This document shows positions 30,521 to 40,295 of a stretch of DNA of 54,134 nucleotides, in pieces. The first letter of the stretch is position 1; each line of letters begins with the position of its first letter. The position numbers were made by a program, and so were the translations under genes. Where the stretch lies: contig JAEOTQ010000189.1 in NCBI GenBank assembly GCA_016839785.1, positions 1-54,134 of the forward strand. Reading direction: 5' to 3'. The notes below the pieces were generated by a model that had not been told where the DNA came from, ran no database searches, and was given only the letters and a program-made list of their open reading frames with translations. The stretch comes from Candidatus Hodarchaeota archaeon. GTDB lineage: Archaea > Asgardarchaeota > Heimdallarchaeia > Hodarchaeales > Hodarchaeaceae.

Positions 30521-32353
30521 CTAATCGGCGAAAAGAATTTCATCCCAAGGCTGACGATATAAAGCTGCTCGTTGGCGTTTTTGATCAAAAATATGACCCA
30601 TCATACCAATAGAACGACCAAGAACAAAGAAACCATTTAACATTTCAGTGTCAACAACATCGTTCTTTTCTTCTTCAGACAGATCTAAATTTTCAAGTAA
30701 ATCCATAAAGCAGATACCTATGCACCCATCGACGTTGAGGATTAAATTATTCCGTTTGGAGGTAGTAATCTTTTCTACTTCAAGGGCATAGTCCAAGAAT
30801 GGATGTTTTTCAAAGTTATTAAAAACAAACTCTTTAAGGAGCTTGACACGGACATCAGGATTTTGAACAGATTTTATTCGGTGCCCAATTCCAGGAATAT
30901 TGATACCTACGACATTCTTCATATAATCGACAAATTCCTGTGGTGCCATCTTTTTGTCCATTGCCAATTTGATATATTTTGCAGTATCAGAAATAGCTCC
31001 ACCAAACCGTGGACCTATTGTTAAGATTCCAGTTGCTAGAGCAGACATTAAATCTTTTCCTGCTCGGGCGGTGACAATCGCATTATGAGCACCAGATACA
31101 GCAGGACCGTGGTCTGATGTCAGCTTAATAACAATTTCAATATAGTCCTGAGCAAACTTTGGCAATTCCTTCTTAAACCACAATATTCCAATGGTGTACC
31201 CAATAGATTTGTTTTCACTAACCAGAGTATCCAATCCCACTCCTGAAAACATGGGAACATCCCCTCGTTCATCAGAAATAGTGCTAATAACGTCCGTAGG
31301 TCGTCGAACAATTCCTAGTTTGGCAGCTTGGGCATAATCCATAGGTAATTTTGGGGGTTCAAACTCATCTACAGGATCAATTTTTCCTTCGGCTTTAAGT
31401 TTTTCAAAGGTTTCTTTGATCTTATCACCTAAATCGTCATAAGAATCAGGAACAATAACACCTACTTCAGCAAGAGCTTTATTCTTAGCATGAGCTGTTT
31501 CTAGATCACTACCTGCCATAGCACCCGCATGACCGAATTGTAAGCCTGCAGGAAGAAGCGCTGCTGCTGTACCAATACACCACATAACGAGGGGTTTGGT
31601 AAGTCTACCATCTTTTATTGCATTGACGATGTCAATTTCTCCAGTACCACCCACTTCACCTAAGCACACCATCATTTTGATTTTGGGATTGACCTCGTAT
31701 CTTAGGAGATGATCAAGTAAAGAAGAACCAGCATATCGATCGCCTCCGATAGCAATACCTTCAAAGACTCCATCAGAATTCTGAGCAATCATAAAGTTCA
31801 TTTCATTGCTCATCCCTCCGCTTTTGGAGACAAAACCAACACTTCCTGGCCGGTAAAGCTTGGATAAAACAACATTTTCTATTGTACCAGCAGTATTTCC
31901 GATTTTAAATGCACCTGCTTGAATTCCTCCAACAGTAGCAGGACCAATGATTACTTTTCCTTTTTCCTTTGCGAGCTTATTCATTTCTCTACTTCTTCGT
32001 TCAGGAATTCCTTCAGCAATAACTGCGACAGTTTTAATTGTCTCTGCATTCAATGCTTCCATAGTTGTAGGATAGGCTGAACGGAAAGATGAGAAGTTGA
32101 TGAGAACGTCAGCATCAGGATGATTTTTAATGGCTAGGGCTAATTTCCGATAAATTGGGACGACTATCTCAGTACCACCCCAGAAGACTTTATGGTAACC
32201 AATAGCACCAGCTTGACTGGGACGAATAATTGCTGCGACTGAAGATGTTTTTCGTTTGCACACAAAATCAAAGTCAAGCATTCGTTGAATAGCATTTCGC
32301 TGAAAACCATAAATTATGGCTTTAGTGTTCCGATTAAATAATTCTCTTGTCAT
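30521..32353 (-). CDS. aclA: ATP citrate lyase large subunit (CoA-binding, phospho-His and citryl-CoA lyase domains)
   Basis: QRMLDFDF, NFSSFRSA, IIGPATVGG, SKSGGMSNE, QFGHAGA (phospho-His), DHGPAVSGAHN, PGIGHRIKS, LILNVDG. Confidence 0.96.
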   Translation of the reverse strand: MTRELFNRNTKAIIYGFQRNAIQRMLDFDFVCKRKTSSVAAIIRPSQAGAIGYHKVFWGGTEIVVPIYRKLALAIKNHPDADVLINFSSFRSAYPTTMEALNAETIKTVAVIAEGIPERRSREMNKLAKEKGKVIIGPATVGGIQAGAFKIGNTAGTIENVVLSKLYRPGSVGFVSKSGGMSNEMNFMIAQNSDGVFEGIAIGGDRYAGSSLLDHLLRYEVNPKIKMMVCLGEVGGTGEIDIVNAIKDGRLTKPLVMWCIGTAAALLPAGLQFGHAGAMAGSDLETAHAKNKALAEVGVIVPDSYDDLGDKIKETFEKLKAEGKIDPVDEFEPPKLPMDYAQAAKLGIVRRPTDVISTISDERGDVPMFSGVGLDTLVSENKSIGYTIGILWFKKELPKFAQDYIEIVIKLTSDHGPAVSGAHNAIVTARAGKDLMSALATGILTIGPRFGGAISDTAKYIKLAMDKKMAPQEFVDYMKNVVGINIPGIGHRIKSVQNPDVRVKLLKEFVFNNFEKHPFLDYALEVEKITTSKRNNLILNVDGCIGICFMDLLENLDLSEEEKNDVVDTEMLNGFFVLGRSIGMMGHIFDQKRQRAALYRQPWDEILFAD

Positions 32354-32366
32354 TTTAAATCCTCCT

Positions 32367-33650
32367 TTAGCTGTCTCCTTTGAGTGATAATGGTACGATC
32401 CGTGTCATATGAGTGTACCTATCATAAACCTCAATAGGAACGCCAATCTCTTCACCGACATCTTTCATTAGTTTGAGGCCTTCCTTTTCATTAGGGCCGC
32501 CTCTTCGGACATATATTTTCACGTTAGCATTCTTTAATTTGTTAGCAGATTTACGTAATGCTGCTACAATACCCATGAAGGTTGCTTTCACATCTGTGAA
32601 GTTTGCAATACCTCCACCGATAAGTAAGATTTTAGGTCGTCCTTGAGGATCAGGTTTTTCTGTTAACACATCAATTACGGTTTGTGCATAGAGTTCTGTA
32701 TGTTCTCTATTGGGATTACCAGAATATTCACCGTAATTACCTAATTCTTTCGCAAATCCCATATCAGCTATTGTATCTGTATATACAACTGAACCACCAC
32801 CACCAGCTACCATAGTCCAAACACGGGCATCTCTATTTAAAATAGTAAATTTCAAAGATGCACCTGTTTTTTCATCCATATCGGCTACAAATTGCTCTTC
32901 TTTAGATAAAACTTGACCAAATGCTCGGGGAAATTTAATGGGCTTGTCTGGATTTGCCCAGGTCTCAATATGTTGGAAGCTTGCAGTATCATCTAATTTC
33001 GCTTTCAGATCTAAGGGAACTACTTTTCCTTCGGGGGTTACAGCAAACGGATTAATTTCAAGAAAGGCAAAATCTTGATCTATATAAACCTTTAATAAAC
33101 CTTTAATGAAGGCAATCAAAGTATCTTTGAGATCACCTAAATCTGGTAATTTACTAGCGAAATCAAACGAATCTACATCAGTACCTATAGGAACAGGAAC
33201 ATGAGTGACTTTATCCCAGTTTTCTTCAACAAATATACCGCCTTCAAAGGAAAAGTGAATGGTATCACTATCCATATCTGAAGTTATTGATACATAAAAT
33301 TCCTTTTCATGGGGTACAAAGGGTTCAACTAGGAATCGGGTAAGAGTTCCTTTTATTCCACCTAATTCGATTTCTTTGTTCATCCTCTCATTAATAAATG
33401 CTTTCAATCCCTCTAGATTGGCATCCAATAATAAAAGGTTAGCTTTACCTCGTTTTCCGAAAAGCTGATCAGGTTTTGCCGCTAGCTTATCTGTATTGAG
33501 CCAAGGATTCTCGGCTACTAATTTGTCCCAATCAGTATCAGGAGTTAATACAGCAAGTTTCCCGTGATAATTGTATGCGGGAAAATACTTTGGCAGTTCC
33601 GTCATCAGTAATTTTTTAGCAGAAAATTCATATATACTCTTTTGTGCCAT
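32367..33650 (-). CDS. aclB: ATP citrate lyase small subunit (ATP-grasp and citrate-binding domains)
   Basis: KPDQLFGKRGK, LEINPF, KLDDTA, VWTMVAGGGGSVVYTD, NYGEYSG, GGIANFTDV, RRGGPN. Confidence 0.96.
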   Translation of the reverse strand: MAQKSIYEFSAKKLLMTELPKYFPAYNYHGKLAVLTPDTDWDKLVAENPWLNTDKLAAKPDQLFGKRGKANLLLLDANLEGLKAFINERMNKEIELGGIKGTLTRFLVEPFVPHEKEFYVSITSDMDSDTIHFSFEGGIFVEENWDKVTHVPVPIGTDVDSFDFASKLPDLGDLKDTLIAFIKGLLKVYIDQDFAFLEINPFAVTPEGKVVPLDLKAKLDDTASFQHIETWANPDKPIKFPRAFGQVLSKEEQFVADMDEKTGASLKFTILNRDARVWTMVAGGGGSVVYTDTIADMGFAKELGNYGEYSGNPNREHTELYAQTVIDVLTEKPDPQGRPKILLIGGGIANFTDVKATFMGIVAALRKSANKLKNANVKIYVRRGGPNEKEGLKLMKDVGEEIGVPIEVYDRYTHMTRIVPLSLKGDS

Positions 33651-33817
33651 TTTTCTTCCTCTCTAAGTCGATTAGAAAAGATTCGCTTTAGTGAGACGGA
33701 AATAAAGACTAAATTAAATTCTTTTTGTGTGAAAACAGGAAAGATATGAAACTTCACTAATTGAAGAATATTTTGAGAGAAGGCACTATTTGATGATTAA
33801 TGAACTGATGAGAATAA

Positions 33818-34285
33818 TTATACTTCCGATAGAACCACACTAGTGATTGTCTTCTCAACACCTTCAATATTACGGAGTTTTTTCACTACAAATGAATTTA
33901 ACTCTTCGACATCGGAAACTGACACCTTAATGATGAGATCGGTTTCCCCAGTTACTATCGCGACCTCATCAACTTCTGTAAGGGCTTTTATTTGTCTGGC
34001 GACTTTAGGTTGACTAATTTTCTCACCAGTTGAAGTCCGATAAGAGATTGTACAAAAAATATAGGCTGACAATCCCTTCCCGACTAATCTGTTGTTCAAC
34101 TTAATAGTAAATTTTTCAATTACACCGTCAGAATCAAGTTTTTTGATACGATTATAGACAGTGGTTTGAGGAATTTTTGTTTGCTTGAAAATGTCATTCG
34201 AGGTTAAACGAGAATTCTCAGTCAGGAGATTGATGATGAGCTGGTCTTTGTCATCTAGCTCTCGAATAAGTCTTGATCTTACCAT
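33818..34285 (-). CDS. Lrp/AsnC family transcriptional regulator
   Basis: LDDKD..I..LL.ENSR, TTVYNRIKKL...GVIEKF HTH and a C-terminal RAM domain (VTGETDL). Confidence 0.92.
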   Translation of the reverse strand: MVRSRLIRELDDKDQLIINLLTENSRLTSNDIFKQTKIPQTTVYNRIKKLDSDGVIEKFTIKLNNRLVGKGLSAYIFCTISYRTSTGEKISQPKVARQIKALTEVDEVAIVTGETDLIIKVSVSDVEELNSFVVKKLRNIEGVEKTITSVVLSEV

Positions 34286-34415
34286 ATGTATACATTTTCC
34301 ATACTTCATATAAATCTTGTTAAAATTGGAGATATTATCCACTTTTTCAACAATAATTTTTTATGAAAACGAGAATAATGGAATATCTGCTAATAAAATT
34401 AATTTCGTGAATACA

Positions 34416-35360
34416 ATGACATCAAAGTCAGTTCAAGTAGTTAAATCGCCAATATTCTCTACAAGCGAAGACCTAGCGACAACTTTGCGAATACAAAGTG
34501 TGATCATGAAATCTGTTCATGATTTTTTGTACAAAAAAGATATAATCCAACTCATGCCTGTAATCCTCTCCCCAATTACTGATCCTTTGAACCATCCTGT
34601 TCATAAGGCAGAAATTGAGTATTTGGGACAAAATCTACAATTGACCAAAAGCATGATTTTTCATAAACAAATTGCTATTGCTCAGTTAGATGTCACGGGT
34701 CTATATATCGTTTCACCAAATGTCAGATTAGAATCAGGTGCTAAATACCTAACTAGTGATAAACATCTTTTGGAATTTTCCCAGGTGGATATTGAATTAC
34801 GATATGGATCCTCTGAGGATTTCCTCTCCTTATTAGAAGAAATGATTGGTTTTACTTTCTCAAAAGTACTTGCAGAGTGTAAGGACGAGTTGGATAAATT
34901 GAAAGTGGATTTAAGAGTCCCTTCTCTCCCATTTAAGAGGTTTACAAGTCATGAATTACTTGACAAATACGGGAATAATTTTGAAACTATAATTTCCTCA
35001 ATAGAAAGAGATCCTTTTTGGATTATGGATTTTGAGAGAGAATTTTATGATAAAGAAGATCCATCACGAAAAGGACACTATCTGAACTATGATTTGGTGT
35101 ATCCAGAAGGTTTTGGAGAGGGCCTTTCAGGTGGTGAACGAGATTTCCAGTATGAGATATTATTGAGAAAGCTTACAGAACGTAATCAGAGTCCCGAAGA
35201 CTTTTCTTACTATCTGGAATTAGCTAGAAGCGAGAAATTAATTCCAAGTGCTGGAGGAGGATTAGGTGTTGAACGTCTTGTCCGTTTCATTACCAAGAAG
35301 AAAAGGATTTCAGAGATTACTCCATTTCCGAAAAAACTTGGAGAGAAGATCTTAATATGA
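34416..35360 (+). CDS. asnA: Archaeal-type asparagine synthetase A (class II aaRS catalytic-domain paralogue)
   Basis: SPITDPL, LTKSMIFHKQ, SPNVRLE, HLLEFSQVDIE, REFYD, EGLSGGER, SAGGGLGVERL; no anticodon-binding domain. Confidence 0.88.
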   Translation: MTSKSVQVVKSPIFSTSEDLATTLRIQSVIMKSVHDFLYKKDIIQLMPVILSPITDPLNHPVHKAEIEYLGQNLQLTKSMIFHKQIAIAQLDVTGLYIVSPNVRLESGAKYLTSDKHLLEFSQVDIELRYGSSEDFLSLLEEMIGFTFSKVLAECKDELDKLKVDLRVPSLPFKRFTSHELLDKYGNNFETIISSIERDPFWIMDFEREFYDKEDPSRKGHYLNYDLVYPEGFGEGLSGGERDFQYEILLRKLTERNQSPEDFSYYLELARSEKLIPSAGGGLGVERLVRFITKKKRISEITPFPKKLGEKILI

Positions 35361-35375
35361 CACTAATTTCTCGGT

Positions 35376-36047
35376 CTACAATTTTTCAGACTCATCACGG
35401 AGCTGGATCCATTTTTCAATTACTCGGGTAGCCCCTTGTTCAAAGAAATCTTTCTTGGTATGAACTTTTGACTGATTTAATCCAATTCTATCAGGAATCA
35501 AAAATTGTTTATATGCCGAAAAATAACCTGGAAAGTCATCAACTACTCTAATAACATTAAATTGCTCTGTAATTGAGGATAATAATCGTTTTCTGGCATC
35601 TAGAAGCGATCCTTTTCCCCAATCTGCTGGATCAAACATGATAAGATCGCTATTATCTGTTGGAAAACCAAATTCCTCAAGCTCTCTCAAGGTATTTTCC
35701 TGAATAATATTTAATCTACCAGTTAGATAGACTATTTTCCATTCGTTTTCCCAAATTTGGAGTACTTCGGCGGCATGAGGGATCGGTCTATTAAATTTTA
35801 GTGATTCAATACCAGCTTCGTTTTTGCATAATAAGAGATTTAAGAATTGAGCTGTTAGCTTCTTAGCTTGAGTTCTTTGGATCTCAGATGCATATTTGAG
35901 AAATATTTTCTCATGGGTGAGAACCCCCAAATCCTCTAATGGTATTTCTCGCTCTAAAACAATCTCCATAATATGTTTTGTACGAGGCTTTGTGTCAATA
36001 AGCGTATCATCAATATCTACTATTACACAGTTCACTTCTACCACCAA
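35376..36047 (-). CDS. HAD-superfamily hydrolase
   Basis: DIDDTLID motif I, YLTGR motif II, VVDD motif IV. Confidence 0.82.
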   Translation of the reverse strand: MVVEVNCVIVDIDDTLIDTKPRTKHIMEIVLEREIPLEDLGVLTHEKIFLKYASEIQRTQAKKLTAQFLNLLLCKNEAGIESLKFNRPIPHAAEVLQIWENEWKIVYLTGRLNIIQENTLRELEEFGFPTDNSDLIMFDPADWGKGSLLDARKRLLSSITEQFNVIRVVDDFPGYFSAYKQFLIPDRIGLNQSKVHTKKDFFEQGATRVIEKWIQLRDESEKL

Positions 36048-36079
36048 ATTTTAATCATGAAACCAGAATTAACCAAGCA

Positions 36080-37453
36080 TTATCGTTTTTTTCTGATCAC
36101 TATTGTGCAACTGATACTAAAGAAGATTAAGAGTATTTGGAAACCAGATGTGGAATTAACTGATGTTGTAGTTGTACCTTGGGATGTACTTAGATCTGAG
36201 GTAGTTGTTGGAGCAGCTCCAGGCTGCATCTCGACCGTGGTATTTACTAATGTTGAATATCCTTTTGTATCATCAACTCTGACAGTAAATTCGTGAGTTC
36301 CAGCCAGTAGGTCATCTAAAGGGTAGATAATTGAGCGTCCACTTACCCAAGTTCCACTTTGAACAGGGGAACTTTCCAAATAAATCGTATAATTGTCATG
36401 GTGGTCGTCATCGAACTTCCAACTAATATTATACCCATCAGTCTCTTGGTATGCGACTGGATTATCTATAGCTAATAACCTCGGTGCTATTTCATCAACA
36501 ATCGGGATAATCATTGAGAAATTGTACGTAGTTCCATCAACATAAACTAGTTCTACGTTAAAACCCGCTTCTGTGGCTTCGAAAATTGAGATATGATTTC
36601 CTTCACCATATTCATCTTCATCCTGCCAATCAAGAACAGGATGTTCTGGAATTGGTCGAACAATTGTGGTGGCGCCTACGCCTGATGTGATGTGATCAAT
36701 TCCATATCGATTCCCATGATAGAAGCAATGATCATGACCGACAAGAACCATATCTACTCCATATTCAATGAAGATTTCTTCCCAAACGTCTCTTATTGTT
36801 GGGTGGGCCCACGCATAACCTGGGTGAGATCCATACATACCTCTATGAAACATTGCAACAATTCTCTCTGTTGTTGTTGATGTTAAATCGGAAATAAGCC
36901 AATCCATTTGAGCATCTTGACGGGAAGTATTTTGATCCTCAAAGTAGTATTCTGAATTTAATATAATGAAATGGGTATCATTTTGAGCGCTATTAAAAGA
37001 ATAATAAATTTCATTACCAGGGTTATTAACATTAGCTCGCCATGTATTAAGATCTTTTTCATCATTTCCAATATCATACGCCTTGTAATCATGATTACCT
37101 ACAGCGCTATAAATTGGAACTGAATTATTAATACTCGTCATAAGTGGCCAATAATAAGTGTCATAGTCATCCTGTTCAGATCCAAATTCAACATGATCTC
37201 CGCTATGCAGAATGAAGTCTATGTCTTGTTCTTGTATTGTCGTTTGGACTAACGCATAAACTGCCTCTGGACCAGAGTTATCGCCTGTTGAGCTTTCTTG
37301 AGTATCAGTTATTTTAATGAATTTATATGGGGTAAAAGCACTTATTTTGTGGACTGTCGCGATTTCAAGATCGTAATCAATAGCGACTACAGAATTAGGG
37401 GTTTGTATAAGCAATAGAAAAATAGGTAAGAGTAGTACTAATTTGTTTTTCAT
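36080..37453 (-). CDS. Secreted surface-anchored metallophosphoesterase (paralogue 1)
   Basis: Signal peptide; DTQ, GDHV, GNHD and GHDH motifs; Ig-like domain; Thr-rich linker; SGF-TM-basic tail. Confidence 0.88.
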   Translation of the reverse strand: MKNKLVLLLPIFLLLIQTPNSVVAIDYDLEIATVHKISAFTPYKFIKITDTQESSTGDNSGPEAVYALVQTTIQEQDIDFILHSGDHVEFGSEQDDYDTYYWPLMTSINNSVPIYSAVGNHDYKAYDIGNDEKDLNTWRANVNNPGNEIYYSFNSAQNDTHFIILNSEYYFEDQNTSRQDAQMDWLISDLTSTTTERIVAMFHRGMYGSHPGYAWAHPTIRDVWEEIFIEYGVDMVLVGHDHCFYHGNRYGIDHITSGVGATTIVRPIPEHPVLDWQDEDEYGEGNHISIFEATEAGFNVELVYVDGTTYNFSMIIPIVDEIAPRLLAIDNPVAYQETDGYNISWKFDDDHHDNYTIYLESSPVQSGTWVSGRSIIYPLDDLLAGTHEFTVRVDDTKGYSTLVNTTVEMQPGAAPTTTSDLSTSQGTTTTSVNSTSGFQILLIFFSISCTIVIRKKR

Positions 37454-37473
37454 CCTGAGTCCTCTAGATTAGG

Positions 37474-38856
37474 TTATCTTCGACGTTTGCGAATAAGCAT
37501 TCCCGTTAGTGACATTAATAAGAGAGCTGTGACTATGTTCCATCCTGGTGCAGGTTTTGTAGTAGTTGTAGTTAAGCTAGAAGTCGTTGTTGTACTACTA
37601 CTGGTAATAGGTGCTGCTCCAGGCAGAACTTTCATACTTGTATTTACACTAAATGAGTACCCCTTAGTATCTTCAACCGTTATGGTAAACATATGTGTTC
37701 CAGCAGTCAGGGTATCAACTGAATAACTAATAGGCCGACCACTCAACCATAATCCCGTTTGAACACTGTTATTCTCAAGAAAGATTGAATAATTATCAGG
37801 ATAATCATCATCAAAAATCCAACTGATTTCAAATCCATCAGTTTCTTCATAAGCGGTTGAATTATCTATAGAAAGAAGACGAGGAGAATAGATATCAATG
37901 ATTGGAACATCAACTGTAAAATTTAATCCAGTACCATCGGTAAAAATCAATTCGACATTAAATCCTGTCTCAGTTGCTTCAAAGATAGAAATATGATTAC
38001 CTTCAAGAGCCATATCTCCTTCTTGCCATCCGACGTCTGGATGATCTGGTATAGGACGGACCCCAGTTGTTGCGGCATTACCAGAGGTAATATGATCAAT
38101 ACCATAACGGTGGCCATAATAAAAACAATGGTCATGTCCTGCTAAGACAACATCAATTCCATATTGAATAAAGATATCTTCAAAAGCGGTAACAATAGGA
38201 GGTTTTTCAGCTGCATGTCCTGGATGAGCTCCATACATGCCTCTATGTATTAAAACCACTATTCGTTCAAGTGGATTAGAATTTAAGTCGGAAATCAACC
38301 AATCTATTTGAGCCTGTTGTCGTGTTGCGTTTATATCCTCAAAATAATATTCTGAATTTAGAACAATATAATGGGTATCATTTTGTGGACCATCAAATGA
38401 AAAATATATCTCATTCCCTGGATTATAGACGTTTTCTAACCAGGTATTCAAATCGTCTTCGTCACCACTACTGGTGTACCCTCTATAGTCATGATTTCCA
38501 ACAGCTATGTAAATAGGTATTCCAGAATTATTGATTGAGCTCATTAAGGGCCAATAGTAAGTATCATATTCTTCTTGAACGGCACCAAATTCAACCATAT
38601 CTCCTCCATGAAGGATGAATTCAAAATCATGTTCTTGAATAGCTGTTTCTACCAAACTAAACACTGCTTCTGGTCCAGAATTATCACCTGTGGTACTTTC
38701 CTGTGAATCGGATATTTTTAAGAATTTGTAAGGAATAAATACAGGTCCGTTGTCAATTATTTCTCTGTCAAGATTGACATCAATAGAATAGACAGGTTTA
38801 GGGGACGAAATGATTATGAGACTGAACATTAAGAATACTAGAGAAATTTTTTTCAT
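37474..38856 (-). CDS. Secreted surface-anchored metallophosphoesterase (paralogue 2)
   Basis: Colinear with 36080-37453; DSQ, GDMV, GNHD, GHDH motifs; PGW-TM-RKRRR tail. Confidence 0.88.
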   Translation of the reverse strand: MKKISLVFLMFSLIIISSPKPVYSIDVNLDREIIDNGPVFIPYKFLKISDSQESTTGDNSGPEAVFSLVETAIQEHDFEFILHGGDMVEFGAVQEEYDTYYWPLMSSINNSGIPIYIAVGNHDYRGYTSSGDEDDLNTWLENVYNPGNEIYFSFDGPQNDTHYIVLNSEYYFEDINATRQQAQIDWLISDLNSNPLERIVVLIHRGMYGAHPGHAAEKPPIVTAFEDIFIQYGIDVVLAGHDHCFYYGHRYGIDHITSGNAATTGVRPIPDHPDVGWQEGDMALEGNHISIFEATETGFNVELIFTDGTGLNFTVDVPIIDIYSPRLLSIDNSTAYEETDGFEISWIFDDDYPDNYSIFLENNSVQTGLWLSGRPISYSVDTLTAGTHMFTITVEDTKGYSFSVNTSMKVLPGAAPITSSSTTTTSSLTTTTTKPAPGWNIVTALLLMSLTGMLIRKRRR

Positions 38857-39034
38857 AGAACATCCACAACTATTTCTTCTACTCTGTGGGTAAAAATATT
38901 GTTATCACTGAAAAAGATTCTTGAGTTGGAAATTTGAAACAAAGAAAAGTTAGAGAAAATTTGTGAAATAGGGAGGACTACCAAATTATTTCCGTGAAGT
39001 CTTTGAAACTTTGGAGATTTTTCTTTACGGAATA

Positions 39035-39736
39035 TTAATTGGTCGTAATCCAACCAAAATAGATAAATCCGTACTGTAGTTGTTTCAATTCATCAGAAAA
39101 GAGTAATTGTTCGTATCTAATGGAATCTCTGACGAAAAAACCATAGGTATACCGAAATTCTTGCGTGATCTGAAATCCAGAAAATGTAATATTTGTAACA
39201 ATGGATTTGATTTTCTCTGGTTGAAGATAGTAATATTCCTTCCTAGTATCCGTAAAACTGTAAGAATGAGAGATCTGGTTGTAAATAAAGAAAAAATTGA
39301 TATAAGAGGCAATTTTCAGGGGCAAATTTTCTCCAGAAATGTTTGTTAATGTTTTGACTTCCGCAGAATAATCACACACAATGTTGGATCCGATAATTTC
39401 CTTACTTCGATTCCAGGGAAGTACTTTATCTTTTGATGCCTCTATATAATATGAATTCCAGACTGTGTACGAAAGAGGGGGATTAGGAACAGTGAATGTG
39501 CGGTTTGAATATGGTAGCGTAAAAGGAAGACTAAGATATTCAAGAATCGAGTTATTGAAACCTAATTCCTCCACAAAATTCATATCTTCAACGATTAAGA
39601 GCATTTCTTCCTCCTCTTGTGCCTCCCAATCTCGAGATTCGTTTATCATAACTTCTGTCTCTGAACACCCCGATAATAAAATTATTAGAACAATAAACAA
39701 TCCAGAACTCGATTTTCTCTTATTTATACACTTCAT
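39035..39736 (-). CDS. Hypothetical secreted protein, putative lipoprotein
   Basis: Basic N-terminus, hydrophobic stretch and a lipobox-like LSGC. Confidence 0.55.
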   Translation of the reverse strand: MKCINKRKSSSGLFIVLIILLSGCSETEVMINESRDWEAQEEEEMLLIVEDMNFVEELGFNNSILEYLSLPFTLPYSNRTFTVPNPPLSYTVWNSYYIEASKDKVLPWNRSKEIIGSNIVCDYSAEVKTLTNISGENLPLKIASYINFFFIYNQISHSYSFTDTRKEYYYLQPEKIKSIVTNITFSGFQITQEFRYTYGFFVRDSIRYEQLLFSDELKQLQYGFIYFGWITTN

Positions 39737-39814
39737 ACCTAACGTACCTTTGAAAATTCATCCTCTCATCTACGTGAGTGAAGTAATTACAGATAGTTTA
39801 ACTTATGTCTTTTC

Positions 39815-40243
39815 TTATTGCATGAAACTTTCTTTGATTATTATCCCAAATCTTGCGATTAACAGAAGACCTCCACCAATACATGCAATGTTAATAGGAA
39901 GTAATAGAACATCATACTGATAGAGATTATGTTGTAAGTAAAAGCTAGTATCTATTAATCCCAAAAATACTAATCCTCCCCCTGCAGCAATCCCAGTGAA
40001 AAGACCATAGGATTTTTGCTGCCAGATCCCATATGCTGAGATAAAAAGAAGGAGAACTACCCATGCATCAGGTAGAGGGAATGCTTTTTCAAAGGCTACA
40101 TAAGTTTCGTAAAGGGGATTAGATGGTCCGATTGACTTTAGAATATCCAGAAACCATCCAATCCAAAACAGGATGATAGTTAATCCACCTATAACTTCAA
40201 GGAGTGCGAGTCTTTGATCCATCTGATTATATATAGCTTTCAT
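39815..40243 (-). CDS. Hypothetical four-TM membrane protein
   Basis: Four hydrophobic segments; FEKAFPLPD loop motif. Confidence 0.7.
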   Translation of the reverse strand: MKAIYNQMDQRLALLEVIGGLTIILFWIGWFLDILKSIGPSNPLYETYVAFEKAFPLPDAWVVLLLFISAYGIWQQKSYGLFTGIAAGGGLVFLGLIDTSFYLQHNLYQYDVLLLPINIACIGGGLLLIARFGIIIKESFMQ

Positions 40244-40295
40244 ACCCTAATTTCTCCTGCAAGAGCATCAATTGAGTATCGCAGTTTGAAATCTT

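Noticed and set aside
34286-34415. Apparent overlap of the Lrp and asnA N-termini in the ORF track
   Set aside because: Artefact of longest-ORF start calling; the plausible starts at 34285 and 34416 leave a normal divergent promoter.
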